From: an uncultured Vicinamibacterales bacterium
Lineage (GTDB): Bacteria > Acidobacteriota > Vicinamibacteria > Vicinamibacterales > 2-12-FULL-66-21
DNA: 59,949 nucleotides
Assembly: GCA_964476725.1 (NCBI GenBank)
Contig: CAYZBZ010000001.1
Location: forward strand, 15,649 to 75,597
Direction of reading: 5' to 3'
Below are positions 26,502-36,043 of the stretch, one piece after another. The translations under genes were made by a program, and so were the position numbers. Numbering within the stretch: the stretch's first letter is position 1; every line of letters starts with the position of its first letter. The notes beneath the pieces were generated by a model. It saw nothing but the letters and a program-made list of their open reading frames with translations. It ran no database searches and was not told the DNA's origin.

Positions 26502-29246
26502 CTACTTGGTCAATTCCGACGTCGAAATGGCGCCGCCCATTTGCGGAAGCGTGGCGGACATCCGGACGATGCGTCTGGAGGCCGTGTCGATCCAGACCGT
26601 CTGCTCGCCTGGCTCCCCCTCGGCTGACTTGATCTCGACCTTCCAGGCCTTGAATGTGCCCGCCGGCACCGTGACGTCTTCCACCCCGCTCACCTTCGCC
26701 TGCTTCAGCGCGGCTTTCTGCTTCTGCACATCGAAGTTGCGGAACGTCGTGGAATAGCCCTCCTTCAGCGGCAGCGTCGCAATCGAGCGGAAGGCCGCCG
26801 CGCCGTCGGCGAACAGCGCGCCTCCCGTGTCGGCCGCGATCGGCTTTTCCGGCCCTCCCATCGCCATCGTCCCCGTCGCCTTGTCGGCGCCGAACGCGAT
26901 CTTGATCGCAAGGGGCCCCTGTCTGATCTCGCGCGACCGGGACGTCAGGGTGGTCTTGTCGAGCACGGACGCGTCGGAGACCTCGCCTTGTGGCGTCTTC
27001 ATCGTCTCTGTCACGACCCAGGTGTTCCCTGCCTCAGTGACGGTGTTCGTGGACTCCATTTTCATCGACTGGCCGGCCAGACTGATGGTCACGCTGTAGC
27101 TGGCCGATGCGGCCTCGAGCGGCTGCGACGGTTCGGGAGCCTTCACGGATGCCGAATCGATCGCCTTCGTCAGCGTGACCGTCTTCGGGTCGACCGTGAT
27201 TTCCGTCAGTCGAGTTGCCACCTCCGGGGTCATTGCTTCCTGGTAGCGTCCTCCGAGATGCTTCGCGAGGAACTTCTCGATCGCGGCGTACATCGCCATG
27301 TTGTTGACCGGCCGGGCAAAGCCGTGGCCCTCGTCAGGGGCGACCATGTACTCGACCGGAAAGCCGCGATCGCGCAGCGCGATCACGATCTGGTCGGATT
27401 CGGCCTTCTTCACGCGCGGATCGTTCGCGCCCTGAACGACAAGGAGCGGCGTTTTGATCCTGGCGGCCGAGAACAGCGGGGACTGGCGTTCGAGCTGCTT
27501 CTTCCCTTCCGGTGTCGTCGGGTCGCCCATGCGCATGTGGAACATCTTGCGCCCCGCTTCCCAATACGGGGGGATCGATTCGAGCAGCGTGAGCAGGTTG
27601 GACGGGCCGACGATAGACACCGCGGCGGCGTAGACGTCCGGGGTGAAGGCGACGCCGGCGAGCGTCGCATATCCGCCGTACGATCCGCCGAGGATGCTGA
27701 CCCGTTTCGGATCGGCGACGGCCTCGGCCACCAGGTGCTTCACGCCCCAGGTGATGTCGTCCTGCATCTTGCCGCCCCACTCGTTGTTGGCGGCGTTGAG
27801 GAACTTCTCGCCGTACCCTGTCGAGCCGCGAAAATTCGGCGAGAGGACCGCGTAGCCGCGATTGGCGAAGAACTGCGCCATCGCGTTGTAGCCGAACGTG
27901 TCGCGGGCCCACGGTCCGCCATGCGGCACGACCACCAGCGGCAGGTTTTTCGCGGGCACGCCCTTTGGCAGCGTCAGGTACGCAGGAACCTCGAGGCCGT
28001 CCGAGGACTTGTACCGGATCGGCTTCATTGTGGCGAGGTCCTGGCGCGGCAGCTTCTCGAATGCCCGGTACTGCTTCGTCAGCGTTTTCGTATCGCGGTC
28101 GTACAGATGGCGCTCGCCGGGCTCGGTGTCGCCCGACGCGATGATCATCCACTTGCGCTCGTCGGCCGTCGATCCCCCGAACGAGATCTCCTTGCCGGGG
28201 AGCTTCTTCTTGATCTGCTCGTAGTCCGCTCCGTACGCCTTGTCGCGGAAATACATCCGTCTCGTGTCGCCGACGTAGCTCGTGGCGACCAGCGCGTCGG
28301 TTTTCTCGGAGAAGATCGCGCCACCAAAGTCCACCTGGTTCTGCGGATCCGACTCGACGAGCTCTTCCTTCTTCGTCTGCGGATCGAACAGCACCAGGCG
28401 GATGAGGTCTGCCTGCCCATGGTTCGTGATCATGTACACGCGGGTATTGTCGCGATGGAACTGCAGCGGCCCGCACGTCTCGAACACCGTGCAGCTGTAC
28501 ACCTGCTCGAACCCGGCGTCGGTCACGCGCAGGATCTCGGTATCGCCGTTATCCGCGGTGCGGGTCGCCAGGCGCAGCTTGCCCGCGAGATCCATCATCC
28601 AGCCGGCGATCTTGTCGGTGTTCTTCCGGAGGAGCTTCCGCTCGCTGGTGGAGACCTTGACTTCGTACAGATCGTGCCAGGCCGGATCGCGATCGTTCAG
28701 ACCGACGTAGATCAGATCGGGGGTGTGCTTCGGGACGTCGTAGATCATCGCGCGCGCGCCCTTCGCCTCCGTCAGGTTGCGCGCGTTCGGCACGTCCTTT
28801 CCCGCGGCGACGGATTCACCCGGGTTGACCGCGTAGACGTTGTAGTTCTCGTCGCCCCCCTGATCCTGGACGAACAGAATGAACTTGCTGTCGCGGCTCC
28901 AGAAGAACGCCGGAATTGGCCGGCGGGTTTCGGCGGTGACCCGTTTCGCCTGGTCGAACGACTCACGGGTCTCCTTCACCCAGATGTTCAGTGTGCCGTT
29001 CCAGGGTTTCCGGAACGCGATGTACTGGCCGTCGGGTGAAAGCGTCGCGCCGCTGATCTCGGGGTTGCCGAAGAACAGCTCGCGATCGATGAGCGGCGGC
29101 AGGCCGGACTGCGGGGCCCTGGCCTCCACCCCAGCGCGCACAACACGCGCGCCGGCGGCCCCGGCATGTGCGGCGAGGGCAGCGGTCGCGACTACGACTG
29201 CGCACGCCACGGCCGCGGAGAATGTGGAGATGTGTCGTCCCTTCAT
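26502..29246 (-). CDS. Secreted S9-family prolyl oligopeptidase/dipeptidyl peptidase with about 225-aa C-terminal extension
   Basis: 914 aa with a signal peptide and beta-propeller. Motifs '[10 protein letters not shown]' (GxSxGG), '[10 protein letters not shown]' and 'DEGHGF'. A beta-rich tail follows. Confidence 0.9.
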   Translation of the reverse strand: MKGRHISTFSAAVACAVVVATAALAAHAGAAGARVVRAGVEARAPQSGLPPLIDRELFFGNPEISGATLSPDGQYIAFRKPWNGTLNIWVKETRESFDQAKRVTAETRRPIPAFFWSRDSKFILFVQDQGGDENYNVYAVNPGESVAAGKDVPNARNLTEAKGARAMIYDVPKHTPDLIYVGLNDRDPAWHDLYEVKVSTSERKLLRKNTDKIAGWMMDLAGKLRLATRTADNGDTEILRVTDAGFEQVYSCTVFETCGPLQFHRDNTRVYMITNHGQADLIRLVLFDPQTKKEELVESDPQNQVDFGGAIFSEKTDALVATSYVGDTRRMYFRDKAYGADYEQIKKKLPGKEISFGGSTADERKWMIIASGDTEPGERHLYDRDTKTLTKQYRAFEKLPRQDLATMKPIRYKSSDGLEVPAYLTLPKGVPAKNLPLVVVPHGGPWARDTFGYNAMAQFFANRGYAVLSPNFRGSTGYGEKFLNAANNEWGGKMQDDITWGVKHLVAEAVADPKRVSILGGSYGGYATLAGVAFTPDVYAAAVSIVGPSNLLTLLESIPPYWEAGRKMFHMRMGDPTTPEGKKQLERQSPLFSAARIKTPLLVVQGANDPRVKKAESDQIVIALRDRGFPVEYMVAPDEGHGFARPVNNMAMYAAIEKFLAKHLGGRYQEAMTPEVATRLTEITVDPKTVTLTKAIDSASVKAPEPSQPLEAASASYSVTISLAGQSMKMESTNTVTEAGNTWVVTETMKTPQGEVSDASVLDKTTLTSRSREIRQGPLAIKIAFGADKATGTMAMGGPEKPIAADTGGALFADGAAAFRSIATLPLKEGYSTTFRNFDVQKQKAALKQAKVSGVEDVTVPAGTFKAWKVEIKSAEGEPGEQTVWIDTASRRIVRMSATLPQMGGAISTSELTK

Positions 29247-29363
29247 GGGGTGTAGTCTACTTCACTGCCGTGCCCACACCGTTGGGCGCGGAGGGCGGGA
29301 GATTCACATGTAAAAAGAGAGCCCTGCCTGTCTGCGCGCTCCGCGTTGATCGGGGCTGCGAGC

Positions 29364-30266
29364 TCAGCCCGCTCTGCGTTGGGTTGGCGCCGGCGGCATC
29401 TGTGCGAGGCGTGCACGGACTGACTGGAACGCCGCGCCTGTATCGGCTGCGCCTGCGATCCTCAGTGTCGCCGCTTCGCGGTTGATCGCCGCGTGACGGT
29501 TCCCCGGATCCGGATGGTCGCTCAGCCATTCCGGACCGCGGTTTTCACCCTCTTGCTCGATCGTCCGGAACATGTTGGCCATGTGCCGCGGATCGTAGCC
29601 GGCGCGCGCCATGATCTGCGCGCCGAGCAGGTCCGCCTCGCGCTCGTACTCGCGGCCGTATTTCAGGAAGTACGTGCCGAGGCCGAACTGGGATCCCTCC
29701 GCGATCACGCGACCCGTGCGTCCGCCGACGATCGAGCCAATCACCTGACCGGCGATCGCCCCGAGCTGGAACTTCTGTGCCTTCGCCGCCTGCAGCGTGC
29801 CGTGTCGCAGGATGACGTGGCTCAGCTCGTGCGCCATCACGCCTGCGACCTCGTCGTCCGTCCGGGCCGCCTGGAGCATGCCGCGGTGGAGAAACATCGG
29901 CCCCCCCGGCAGCGCGAACGCGTTGATCTCCCGCAGGTTCACCACGTCGAAGGAGTATCGGAAGGTAGGCTGCCGGAACCGCGCGGGAATCGCGGCCACC
30001 AGCCGGCCGCCGATGCGTTCGACGAGGTTCTCCGTCGGCCGATCGTGCAGCATCGGCAACTGCTGACGAACTTCAGCAGCCGCCTGCCGGCCGAGCGCCA
30101 CGTCCTGAGCGGGTCTGAAACTGTTCTTCCGCGGCTCGATTCTCGTCTGGGCCGAGAGCGTGGCGCCAATGAACAGAATGCCCAGAATGCCCAGAACGAC
30201 CAGAACGACCGGCGCCGCAATCAGTGAAGCTGAGCTACGTCGCATGTATCGAGTCATGCCCGGCAT
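29364..30266 (-). CDS. M48-family zinc metallopeptidase
   Basis: 300 aa with an N-terminal TM helix. Motifs 'HELSHVILRH' (HExxH) and downstream 'EREAD'. Confidence 0.85.
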   Translation of the reverse strand: MPGMTRYMRRSSASLIAAPVVLVVLGILGILFIGATLSAQTRIEPRKNSFRPAQDVALGRQAAAEVRQQLPMLHDRPTENLVERIGGRLVAAIPARFRQPTFRYSFDVVNLREINAFALPGGPMFLHRGMLQAARTDDEVAGVMAHELSHVILRHGTLQAAKAQKFQLGAIAGQVIGSIVGGRTGRVIAEGSQFGLGTYFLKYGREYEREADLLGAQIMARAGYDPRHMANMFRTIEQEGENRGPEWLSDHPDPGNRHAAINREAATLRIAGAADTGAAFQSVRARLAQMPPAPTQRRAG

Positions 30267-30359
30267 TGTGCAAATGCGGGTCCGTGACTGGCACGGCGCA
30301 TTTGGCGCTTTCGTGCGTCTGCACGCACGAGTGTCCTCCGGAAGTGACAGCGCGGCGGC

Positions 30360-31106
30360 TCATCCGATGATGCCGCTGCGCTCAGGCAGCACGTCTCCGG
30401 ACGACGGATGGGGAATCGACCCGATCGCCTGCTTCTTCGTCAGGTCCACGATCGTGATGTCTTTGTACCACGCCTCGCTGGGAGGGCCGCCGTGGATCTG
30501 CACCGCGATGATGCCAGTGGCTTCTATCGCGGGGTCCTCTTCCGTGTAGTCCACGGTCCGGACGCCGTTGAGCCAGAGCTGGATGCGTTTCCCCTCCGCG
30601 CGAATCACGTAGTCGTTCCACTCATCGATCTTCACCACGTCGTTCATCGTCGCCTGGTCGGGACCTTTCAGCACCTTGTTCCGCCTGGACTCGTCGTAAA
30701 GAGCGCCCCACCAGCCTTTGCCCATGTCGGCCTGGTAACCCGACACTTCGTGATGGTTGGGGATGCGCCTGGTACGGAACTGAATACCGGCGTTGGCGCC
30801 GTCGCCGCCGAGGAGCTTCACCTTCAGCCGCAGCTCGAAATCGCCGTAGGTTCTCGTCGTGCAGAGGAACTCATTGCGGGCCACTTTGTCCCGACGGGAG
30901 CCGCCGACGATGGCGCCGTCCTCGATGCGAAAGATCTTCAGGTCCCCCTCCCAACCCTGAAAAGTCTTGCCGTCGAAGATCGGGACGGGCGTTCCGGCGG
31001 TTTTCTGTGTCGTCGGTGTTGCCCGTGTCCTCTGTGGCGTCTGATCGCCCGCCGCGCCAAACGACGCCGACACGAGCACGGCGATGAAAACGAAAAAGGT
31101 TCTCAT
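30360..31106 (-). CDS. DUF1080 (3-keto-disaccharide hydrolase-like) secreted protein
   Basis: 248 aa with a signal peptide. Motifs 'FQGWEG', 'FELRLKVKL', 'NAGIQFR' and 'IAVQIHGG', in the characteristic DUF1080 order. Confidence 0.8.
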   Translation of the reverse strand: MRTFFVFIAVLVSASFGAAGDQTPQRTRATPTTQKTAGTPVPIFDGKTFQGWEGDLKIFRIEDGAIVGGSRRDKVARNEFLCTTRTYGDFELRLKVKLLGGDGANAGIQFRTRRIPNHHEVSGYQADMGKGWWGALYDESRRNKVLKGPDQATMNDVVKIDEWNDYVIRAEGKRIQLWLNGVRTVDYTEEDPAIEATGIIAVQIHGGPPSEAWYKDITIVDLTKKQAIGSIPHPSSGDVLPERSGIIG

Positions 31107-31114
31107 GATGGTCT

Positions 31115-32092
31115 CTATTTCTTGCTCGACGACGCTACCTGATAGAACTCGTAGGCGATCCGCCAGGACGATTCCTTCCCGGGCTCGATGGTGAGATCGA
31201 TGTACGGCTCTGGGCAGACCGTCGTCGCGGCGGACCAGAACAGAAGCTTCGACAGGGGCCGGTCGCCGGTCACGTGCACACCGGCGCCCGTCTTGCGATT
31301 CTCGACCCGGATGTCGTAGTCCCTGGCGCTGGTCCCGAATCCCGTCAGCTCGCTGAACATCGTCTGCGGCCGAACGAATTCCCGCAGGAACACGATCTCC
31401 TTGCCTCGCGTCTCCGCGAGGCCGTTGAGCGCGGCGGCCGCGTGCGGCTCGAACGGGAACCGCACGACGAAGTCCGGGCCGGTCGCCTGGCCGTCCAGAG
31501 TGAAGAAGTTGTGATTGTAGACGCTCGTCGCGATCGTCTTTCGGCCGGTGTTTCTCAGGCGGTGCTCCAGCACCAGCGTGTCCCTGGCCAGTCGAAGCTT
31601 CTTCCGGTACACGTACGCGTAACCCGCCGTGTCGCGCAGCTCGTGGACGAGCTCAATCCAGTCCGAGCCTTTGTTGACCGTCCACTTGCCCGCATCGACG
31701 ATGTCGTAGGTGGCAAAGCGGCGGTAAGCAGGCTCCTCCGGCTTGCGGACCGCCCCCACGCCGATCCTGACGAAGCGGTCTCCCGGCTTCGCCTCGTCGT
31801 AGCCCAACCCGGCGTTGTTGGTGAGGAATTCCTCGACCGGGCCCGCAATCGCGTCGTGGAGCTTCGGGTCGTATTTCTCGAACCACTGCCCGAAGTAGTT
31901 GTGCCCGTGCCATTCCAGGCTGGAGATGACGCCTGACCAGTCGAAGCGCGTGCCTCTGTAGTATCCGGATTGCGCGTCGGGCAGGTACAGCGTCGCGCGG
32001 ATGCGGGAGTTTGAAATCTCCGCCTGCGGAAACTGGGTTCCAGCAGTTTGGCTCAGCGTCATGGTCAAAACAAGAATCGGCCACATCTTCAT
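31115..32092 (-). CDS. Secreted hypothetical protein (no confident family; possibly mutarotase-like beta-sandwich)
   Basis: 325 aa with a signal-like N-terminus and clean protein-like composition. It lies 8 nt from the DUF1080 gene. Confidence 0.6.
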   Translation of the reverse strand: MKMWPILVLTMTLSQTAGTQFPQAEISNSRIRATLYLPDAQSGYYRGTRFDWSGVISSLEWHGHNYFGQWFEKYDPKLHDAIAGPVEEFLTNNAGLGYDEAKPGDRFVRIGVGAVRKPEEPAYRRFATYDIVDAGKWTVNKGSDWIELVHELRDTAGYAYVYRKKLRLARDTLVLEHRLRNTGRKTIATSVYNHNFFTLDGQATGPDFVVRFPFEPHAAAALNGLAETRGKEIVFLREFVRPQTMFSELTGFGTSARDYDIRVENRKTGAGVHVTGDRPLSKLLFWSAATTVCPEPYIDLTIEPGKESSWRIAYEFYQVASSSKK

Positions 32093-32172
32093 ACGATTAG
32101 TTTAGGGACTAGCGATTAGAAGTGGTTCCAAAACGTCTCGCGGGTGGCCGCCAGCGGGCTTTTAAACCATCT

Positions 32173-34140
32173 CTAGGGATTCACCCCGAACGCCATGATA
32201 TTCGACCCTGCTGCCACGGTGACGTACTGCTTGCCATCGAACATGTAGGTCATCGGCGACGCCTTCCACGTGGAGTTGGTCTGAAAGCTCCACAGCGGCT
32301 TGCCGGTCACCGCGTCCGCCGCCATCAAGCCGCCGCCGTCCTCGCCGAAAATCACCAGTCCGCTGGCGGTGGTCAGCGTGCCACCCCAGGAATACGCGGG
32401 GCCGGGCTGCGGCAGCTTCCAGGCAATCGCGCCGGTGCGGATGTCGATCGCTCTCAAAATCCGCTGCGGCTTGGGGTCCGGCGCCGTGCGCTGCGACCCG
32501 CCCAGATAGGACTTGCCGGATTCCCAGTCCCCTTGATCGCTCTTCGTGTAGATGCTGCACTTCTCGAAGGTCTGGACGTAGTAAAGGCCGGTTGCGGGGT
32601 TGAACGAGGGAGAGTACCAGTTGGTCGCTCCGTCCTGCGATGGACACACCTTCGTGCCGGCTGGCGTCGGCTCCTGGTTGGGCAGCTTGATGGGACGCCC
32701 GTCGCGTCCGATCCCGCTGGCCCACGTCAGGGTCCTGATGAATTGCTTCGCCAGCAGCAGCGTGCCGTCGCGGCGATCGAAGACGTAGAAGAACCCGTTG
32801 CGCGCGGCATGCAGCATGAGCTTCCGAGGCTGGCCCTGCCAGGTGGCGTCGATGAGCACCGATGTCTGCGTGGCGTCCCAATCCCAGAGATCGTGGGGAG
32901 TGAACTGGTAGTACCACTTGAGCGCGCCGGTCTTGCGGTCGAGCGCCAGAATCGAGTTCGAATAGAGGTTGTCACCCTTGCGATCGTCCCCGTTGTACTC
33001 CTTGGCGGGATTGCCGGTCGGCCAGTAGACCATGTCGAGCTCCGGGTCGTAGCTGCCGGTGAACCAGGTCGGCGCGCCGCCGTGCTCGATGTCCTTGCCT
33101 TGCCAGGTCTCCGATCCCGGCTCGCCGGGTTTCGGGACCGTCGAGAATCGCCAGATCTCTTTGCCCGTCTCCTGATCGTGGGCCGCGACGAATCCGTTCG
33201 CGCCGTGCTCGCCTCCCGTCACGCCGGAGATGACCAGGTTGCCGGCGGGCAGCGGCGCCGACGAGGCGGCGTAGTTCTTGCGCCAGTCCTCCAGCGCGGT
33301 GTCCCACAGCACGTCGCCTGTAAAACGATTTAGCGCGATGATGTGCGCGTCGTCTGTTTCCATGAAGACGCGATCGCCGGCCACCCCCACGCCGCGATTC
33401 GCGCTGCCGGCGGTGATGCCGACCGTTCGCGACCGCCTGAACTGCCAGATCCTGCGTCCGTTTCCGGCATCCAGCGCGATGCATTCATTCGGAGCCGTCA
33501 CATACATGATCCCGCCGACGACCACGGGAGTTCCCTGCAATTGGCCCCCGCCAGAAAAGGGGAACACCTATTTCGGCGCAAGACGGGCGACGTTGGTCTT
33601 GTTGATCTGTGTGAGCGTGGTGTAACGGTTCCCGCCGGGATCGCCGTTGTAAGTCGGCCAGTCTTTCCCCGACGTCACCTCCCGAAAGCGATCGCCCGCG
33701 CGGCGGAGGAGGTGCACGCGCTTGTCGTCGGTCCGCAGCTGCAGGTCGTCGAAGCCTTCCGCGAGCACCTGTCCATCCAGCGGCTTGCCCTCGGTGGTCA
33801 GCAGCTTCATGCGGACAACAGGGACCGCCTCGGCGCGACGCTGGATCGTGCGCAGGAACTTGATCAGGTCGGCCAGCTCCGGGTCCGCGACGATGACTGG
33901 AGGCATGCCCCGAGCGGGCAGGCCGTCGTGGATCAGTCTGGTCAGCTGCTGATCGTCGAGCGCCGGCAGGCGCAGCCCGATCGGGGGGCCCATCTCACCG
34001 CCGTTGCCGTCGGCGCCGTGGCACCTGGCGCAGCGGCTCTCGAACGCCATGCGTCCGGGATCGACGTTCTGCCCTCGGAGTCCCGCAGCCATCGGGAAGA
34101 TGCCGAGCAGGGCAAGACTGATGACGACGTGAATGCGCAT
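32173..34140 (-). pseudogene. Cytochrome c - PQQ-dependent dehydrogenase (quinohemoprotein) interrupted by one in-frame TAG at 33568-33570
   Basis: ORFs 33568-34164 and 32173-33567 are contiguous in one frame. The N-terminal part has a signal peptide and 'CARCH' haem motif, then 'WPTYNGDPGGNRYTTLTQINKTNVARLAPK*VFPFSGGGQLQGTPVVVGGIMYV', followed by W-motif propeller repeats. Confidence 0.8.
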
Positions 34141-34234
34141 GTGTGTAGATCGACTCAACCGCACCAGCGCCGCTGTGGTCGCTGTGGTTCAACGTGGCTC
34201 CGGCAGCATAGGCACCTGCACCTCTTCCGGTCAA

Positions 34235-34319
34235 GGGTCCCCGGCGCGCGTCGTGTGCGCGCTGGGGTGGAAGACCGGGGTCCCCGGCGCGCGTCTTGTG
34301 CGCGCTGGGGTGGAGGACC
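34235..34319. repeat. Tandem 42/43-bp repeat x2, each an imperfect palindrome CCCCGGCGCGC-N7-GCGCGCTGGGG
   Basis: Copies at 34235-34276 and 34277-34319 differ at about 3 positions. They lie between the terminator at 34330-34359 and the quinohemoprotein start. Confidence 0.9.
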
Positions 34320-34329
34320 GACAGACACG

Positions 34330-34359
34330 AAAAAAAGGACGCGGATGTCCGCGTCCTTT
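34330..34359 (-). terminator. Rho-independent terminator
   Basis: GGACGCGG-atgt-CCGCGTCC stem-loop (34337-34356), followed on the minus strand by a 7-U run (A-run 34330-34336). It lies 44 nt after the stop of gene 34403-35053. Confidence 0.8.
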
Positions 34360-34402
34360 CAAGCATTCGCCGTGACTGAAGCGTTCGCCGTGACCCGTGA
34401 GA

Positions 34403-35053
34403 CTACGTGCCCTTCTTCGTGACCCGGACTTCGGTGGCGTGCTTCATCCCGCCCATCTCGTGATACGTGACCTCGACATCCTGGCCGACTCTTACCACCT
34501 CGGTAATCGCGATGCCGGGTTTCCCTTCGGCCTGCGCCGCTTTCGTCTTGGTCGTCCCCCCCGGCGCCGTCACGTGCGTCTTCGCGTCGATCACGAACGT
34601 CCATTCCGCGCTGGTCCCTTTGACCGTCAGCGACGAGCCGCTGACTGCCGAGACCACGCCGATCGCCGGCTTGGCTGCCGGTGCGGGCGGGGGAGGCGGC
34701 GGCGTGCCCCCCTTCGGCACCGACGTCAGCACGCGGACGCTGGCCGCGTGCATCCCCTTCTCGTGATACGTCACCTCGACATCCTGGCCGACCTTCACCA
34801 CCTCGGTAATCGCGATGCCGGGTTTCCCTTCGGCCTGCGCCGCCTTCATCTTGGTCGTCCCCCCCGGCGCGGTCGTATGCGTCTTGGCATCCACCACGAA
34901 GGTCATGTCCGTGCCATTCGACTTGACCGTGATCGAATTCGCCGCGATCGCGGTCACCGCTCCGCTCACCGTCTTGGTCTCCTGGGCGACCGCCGCCCGT
35001 GGACCCGACACGAAGAGAAGCGCACATCCCATCCCTGCCAACAACCGCTTCAT
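34403..35053 (-). CDS. Secreted protein made of two tandem copies of a roughly 90-aa beta-rich domain joined by a poly-Pro linker
   Basis: 216 aa with a signal peptide. 'VSGAVTAIAANSITVKSNGTDMTFVVDAKTH..APGGTTK.KAAQAEGKPGIAITEVV.VGQDVEVTYHE' occurs twice. Confidence 0.75.
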   Translation of the reverse strand: MKRLLAGMGCALLFVSGPRAAVAQETKTVSGAVTAIAANSITVKSNGTDMTFVVDAKTHTTAPGGTTKMKAAQAEGKPGIAITEVVKVGQDVEVTYHEKGMHAASVRVLTSVPKGGTPPPPPPAPAAKPAIGVVSAVSGSSLTVKGTSAEWTFVIDAKTHVTAPGGTTKTKAAQAEGKPGIAITEVVRVGQDVEVTYHEMGGMKHATEVRVTKKGT

Positions 35054-35215
35054 ACCATCCTCCTTGACGCCGACCGCCCCGTATCTTCCTCAAAGGAGCC
35101 GGACGGGACGCCTAACCGGTTAACTGTACCCGGGCCGGCCCGACAGCGCAAACGGGACAGCGCCTTGTCTTACTATCGCTTCTCACTCGGGTGCCCTCGC
35201 TTTCTCACTTTGGCA

Positions 35216-35255
35216 CCTTGGAACTTTTGAACCTTGGAACTTTTGAACCTTGAAC
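35216..35255. repeat. 16-bp tandem repeat CCTTGGAACTTTTGAA x2.5
   Basis: Copies at 35216-35231 and 35232-35247, with a partial copy at 35248-35255. They are flanked by three TGGCAC copies (35211, 35258, 35273), upstream of the cupredoxin-like gene. Confidence 0.9.
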
Positions 35256-35314
35256 CCCTGGCACCCCTGGCCTGGCACCCTTCTCCTGGCACGCAACCAG
35301 CACATCGGCCTCCC

Positions 35315-36043
35315 ATGCGCCCGAAGATCGCGAAATCCGTTACAGATCTGTTCGCCAATGTACCGTTCCGGGCATCAGTGGCGGTGCTGGGAACGTGTGC
35401 GGTCCTCATTGCGATGCCGGTTTCGGGGCGCGCCGTCCCTTCGTCCGGACGGATCACCGGCATCGTCCAGCTCGTCGCGTCGGGTGGGACGCCTCTGCGT
35501 TCGGGAGCCTACCCCTCCCGGCAGGTGAACCGGGCCACACCCCAGGCGTCCGAAATCGCCAACGTCGTCATCTTCGTCAAAGACCCTCCGGTCGAACCGG
35601 GGCTGCCGGTCACGCGCACGCCCATCGCGCAGCGCGACGAGGCGTTCGTGCCGCGCGTCACCGCGATTACCCGCTCGTCCACCGTGGAGTTTCCCAATTA
35701 CGATCCGTACTTCCACAACGTGTTCTCGCTGTCGCGCGGCGCCACCTTCGATCTCGGACGGTTCCGGAAGGGGGAAAAGCGCGAGCGGACGTTCAACCAC
35801 GCCGGACTGGTGAAGGTGTTCTGCCACATTCACTCCGAGATGTCCGCGACGATCATGGTCTTCGACCACAGGTTCTACGCGGTTCCCGGTCCGGACGGCA
35901 CATTCACGATCGACCGGGTGCCTCCAGGCACGTATCAGTTGAGCGCGTGGCACGAGCGCATCGGCGAGACCACGAAGCCGATTCAGATCGTGGCCGGCGA
36001 CGCCGCTCGCGTTGAATTCTCGCTGCCGGTGGTGACCAGATAA
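35315..36043 (+). CDS. Periplasmic cupredoxin-like protein with C-terminal carboxypeptidase-regulatory-like domain
   Basis: ATG at 35315 with a signal or TM segment. 'VEFPNYDPYFHNVFS' and 'FCHIHSEM' (His...Cys-x2-His-x2-Met pattern), then 'GTFTIDRVPPGTYQLSAWHE'. Confidence 0.7.
   Translation: MRPKIAKSVTDLFANVPFRASVAVLGTCAVLIAMPVSGRAVPSSGRITGIVQLVASGGTPLRSGAYPSRQVNRATPQASEIANVVIFVKDPPVEPGLPVTRTPIAQRDEAFVPRVTAITRSSTVEFPNYDPYFHNVFSLSRGATFDLGRFRKGEKRERTFNHAGLVKVFCHIHSEMSATIMVFDHRFYAVPGPDGTFTIDRVPPGTYQLSAWHERIGETTKPIQIVAGDAARVEFSLPVVTR

Noticed and set aside
30165-30215. Tandem DNA repeats 'GAATGCCCAGAATGCCCAGAACGACCAGAACGACC'.
   Set aside because: They lie inside the M48 peptidase coding sequence and encode its N-terminal TM helix (VVLVVLGILGIL). 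This is a coding low-complexity tract, not an intergenic element.
33568-33570. The TAG in the PQQ dehydrogenase as a pyrrolysine codon.
   Set aside because: The aligned position is a conserved Trp, not Lys or Pyl. No pyl genes or PYLIS-like context are visible in the window. A nonsense mutation, sequencing error or read-through is more parsimonious.
34235-34395. The tandem 42-bp repeats plus the nearby 'TTCGCCGTGAC' x2 as a mini CRISPR array.
   Set aside because: There are only two directly abutting copies with no spacers, no cas genes are present, and the repeat structure is palindromic-operator or REP-like.
35211-35278. Three TGGCAC hexamers as sigma54 (-24) promoter elements.
   Set aside because: None has the required GC of a -12 TTGC element 10 nt after the GG. 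The hexamers look like part of the local repeat array instead.
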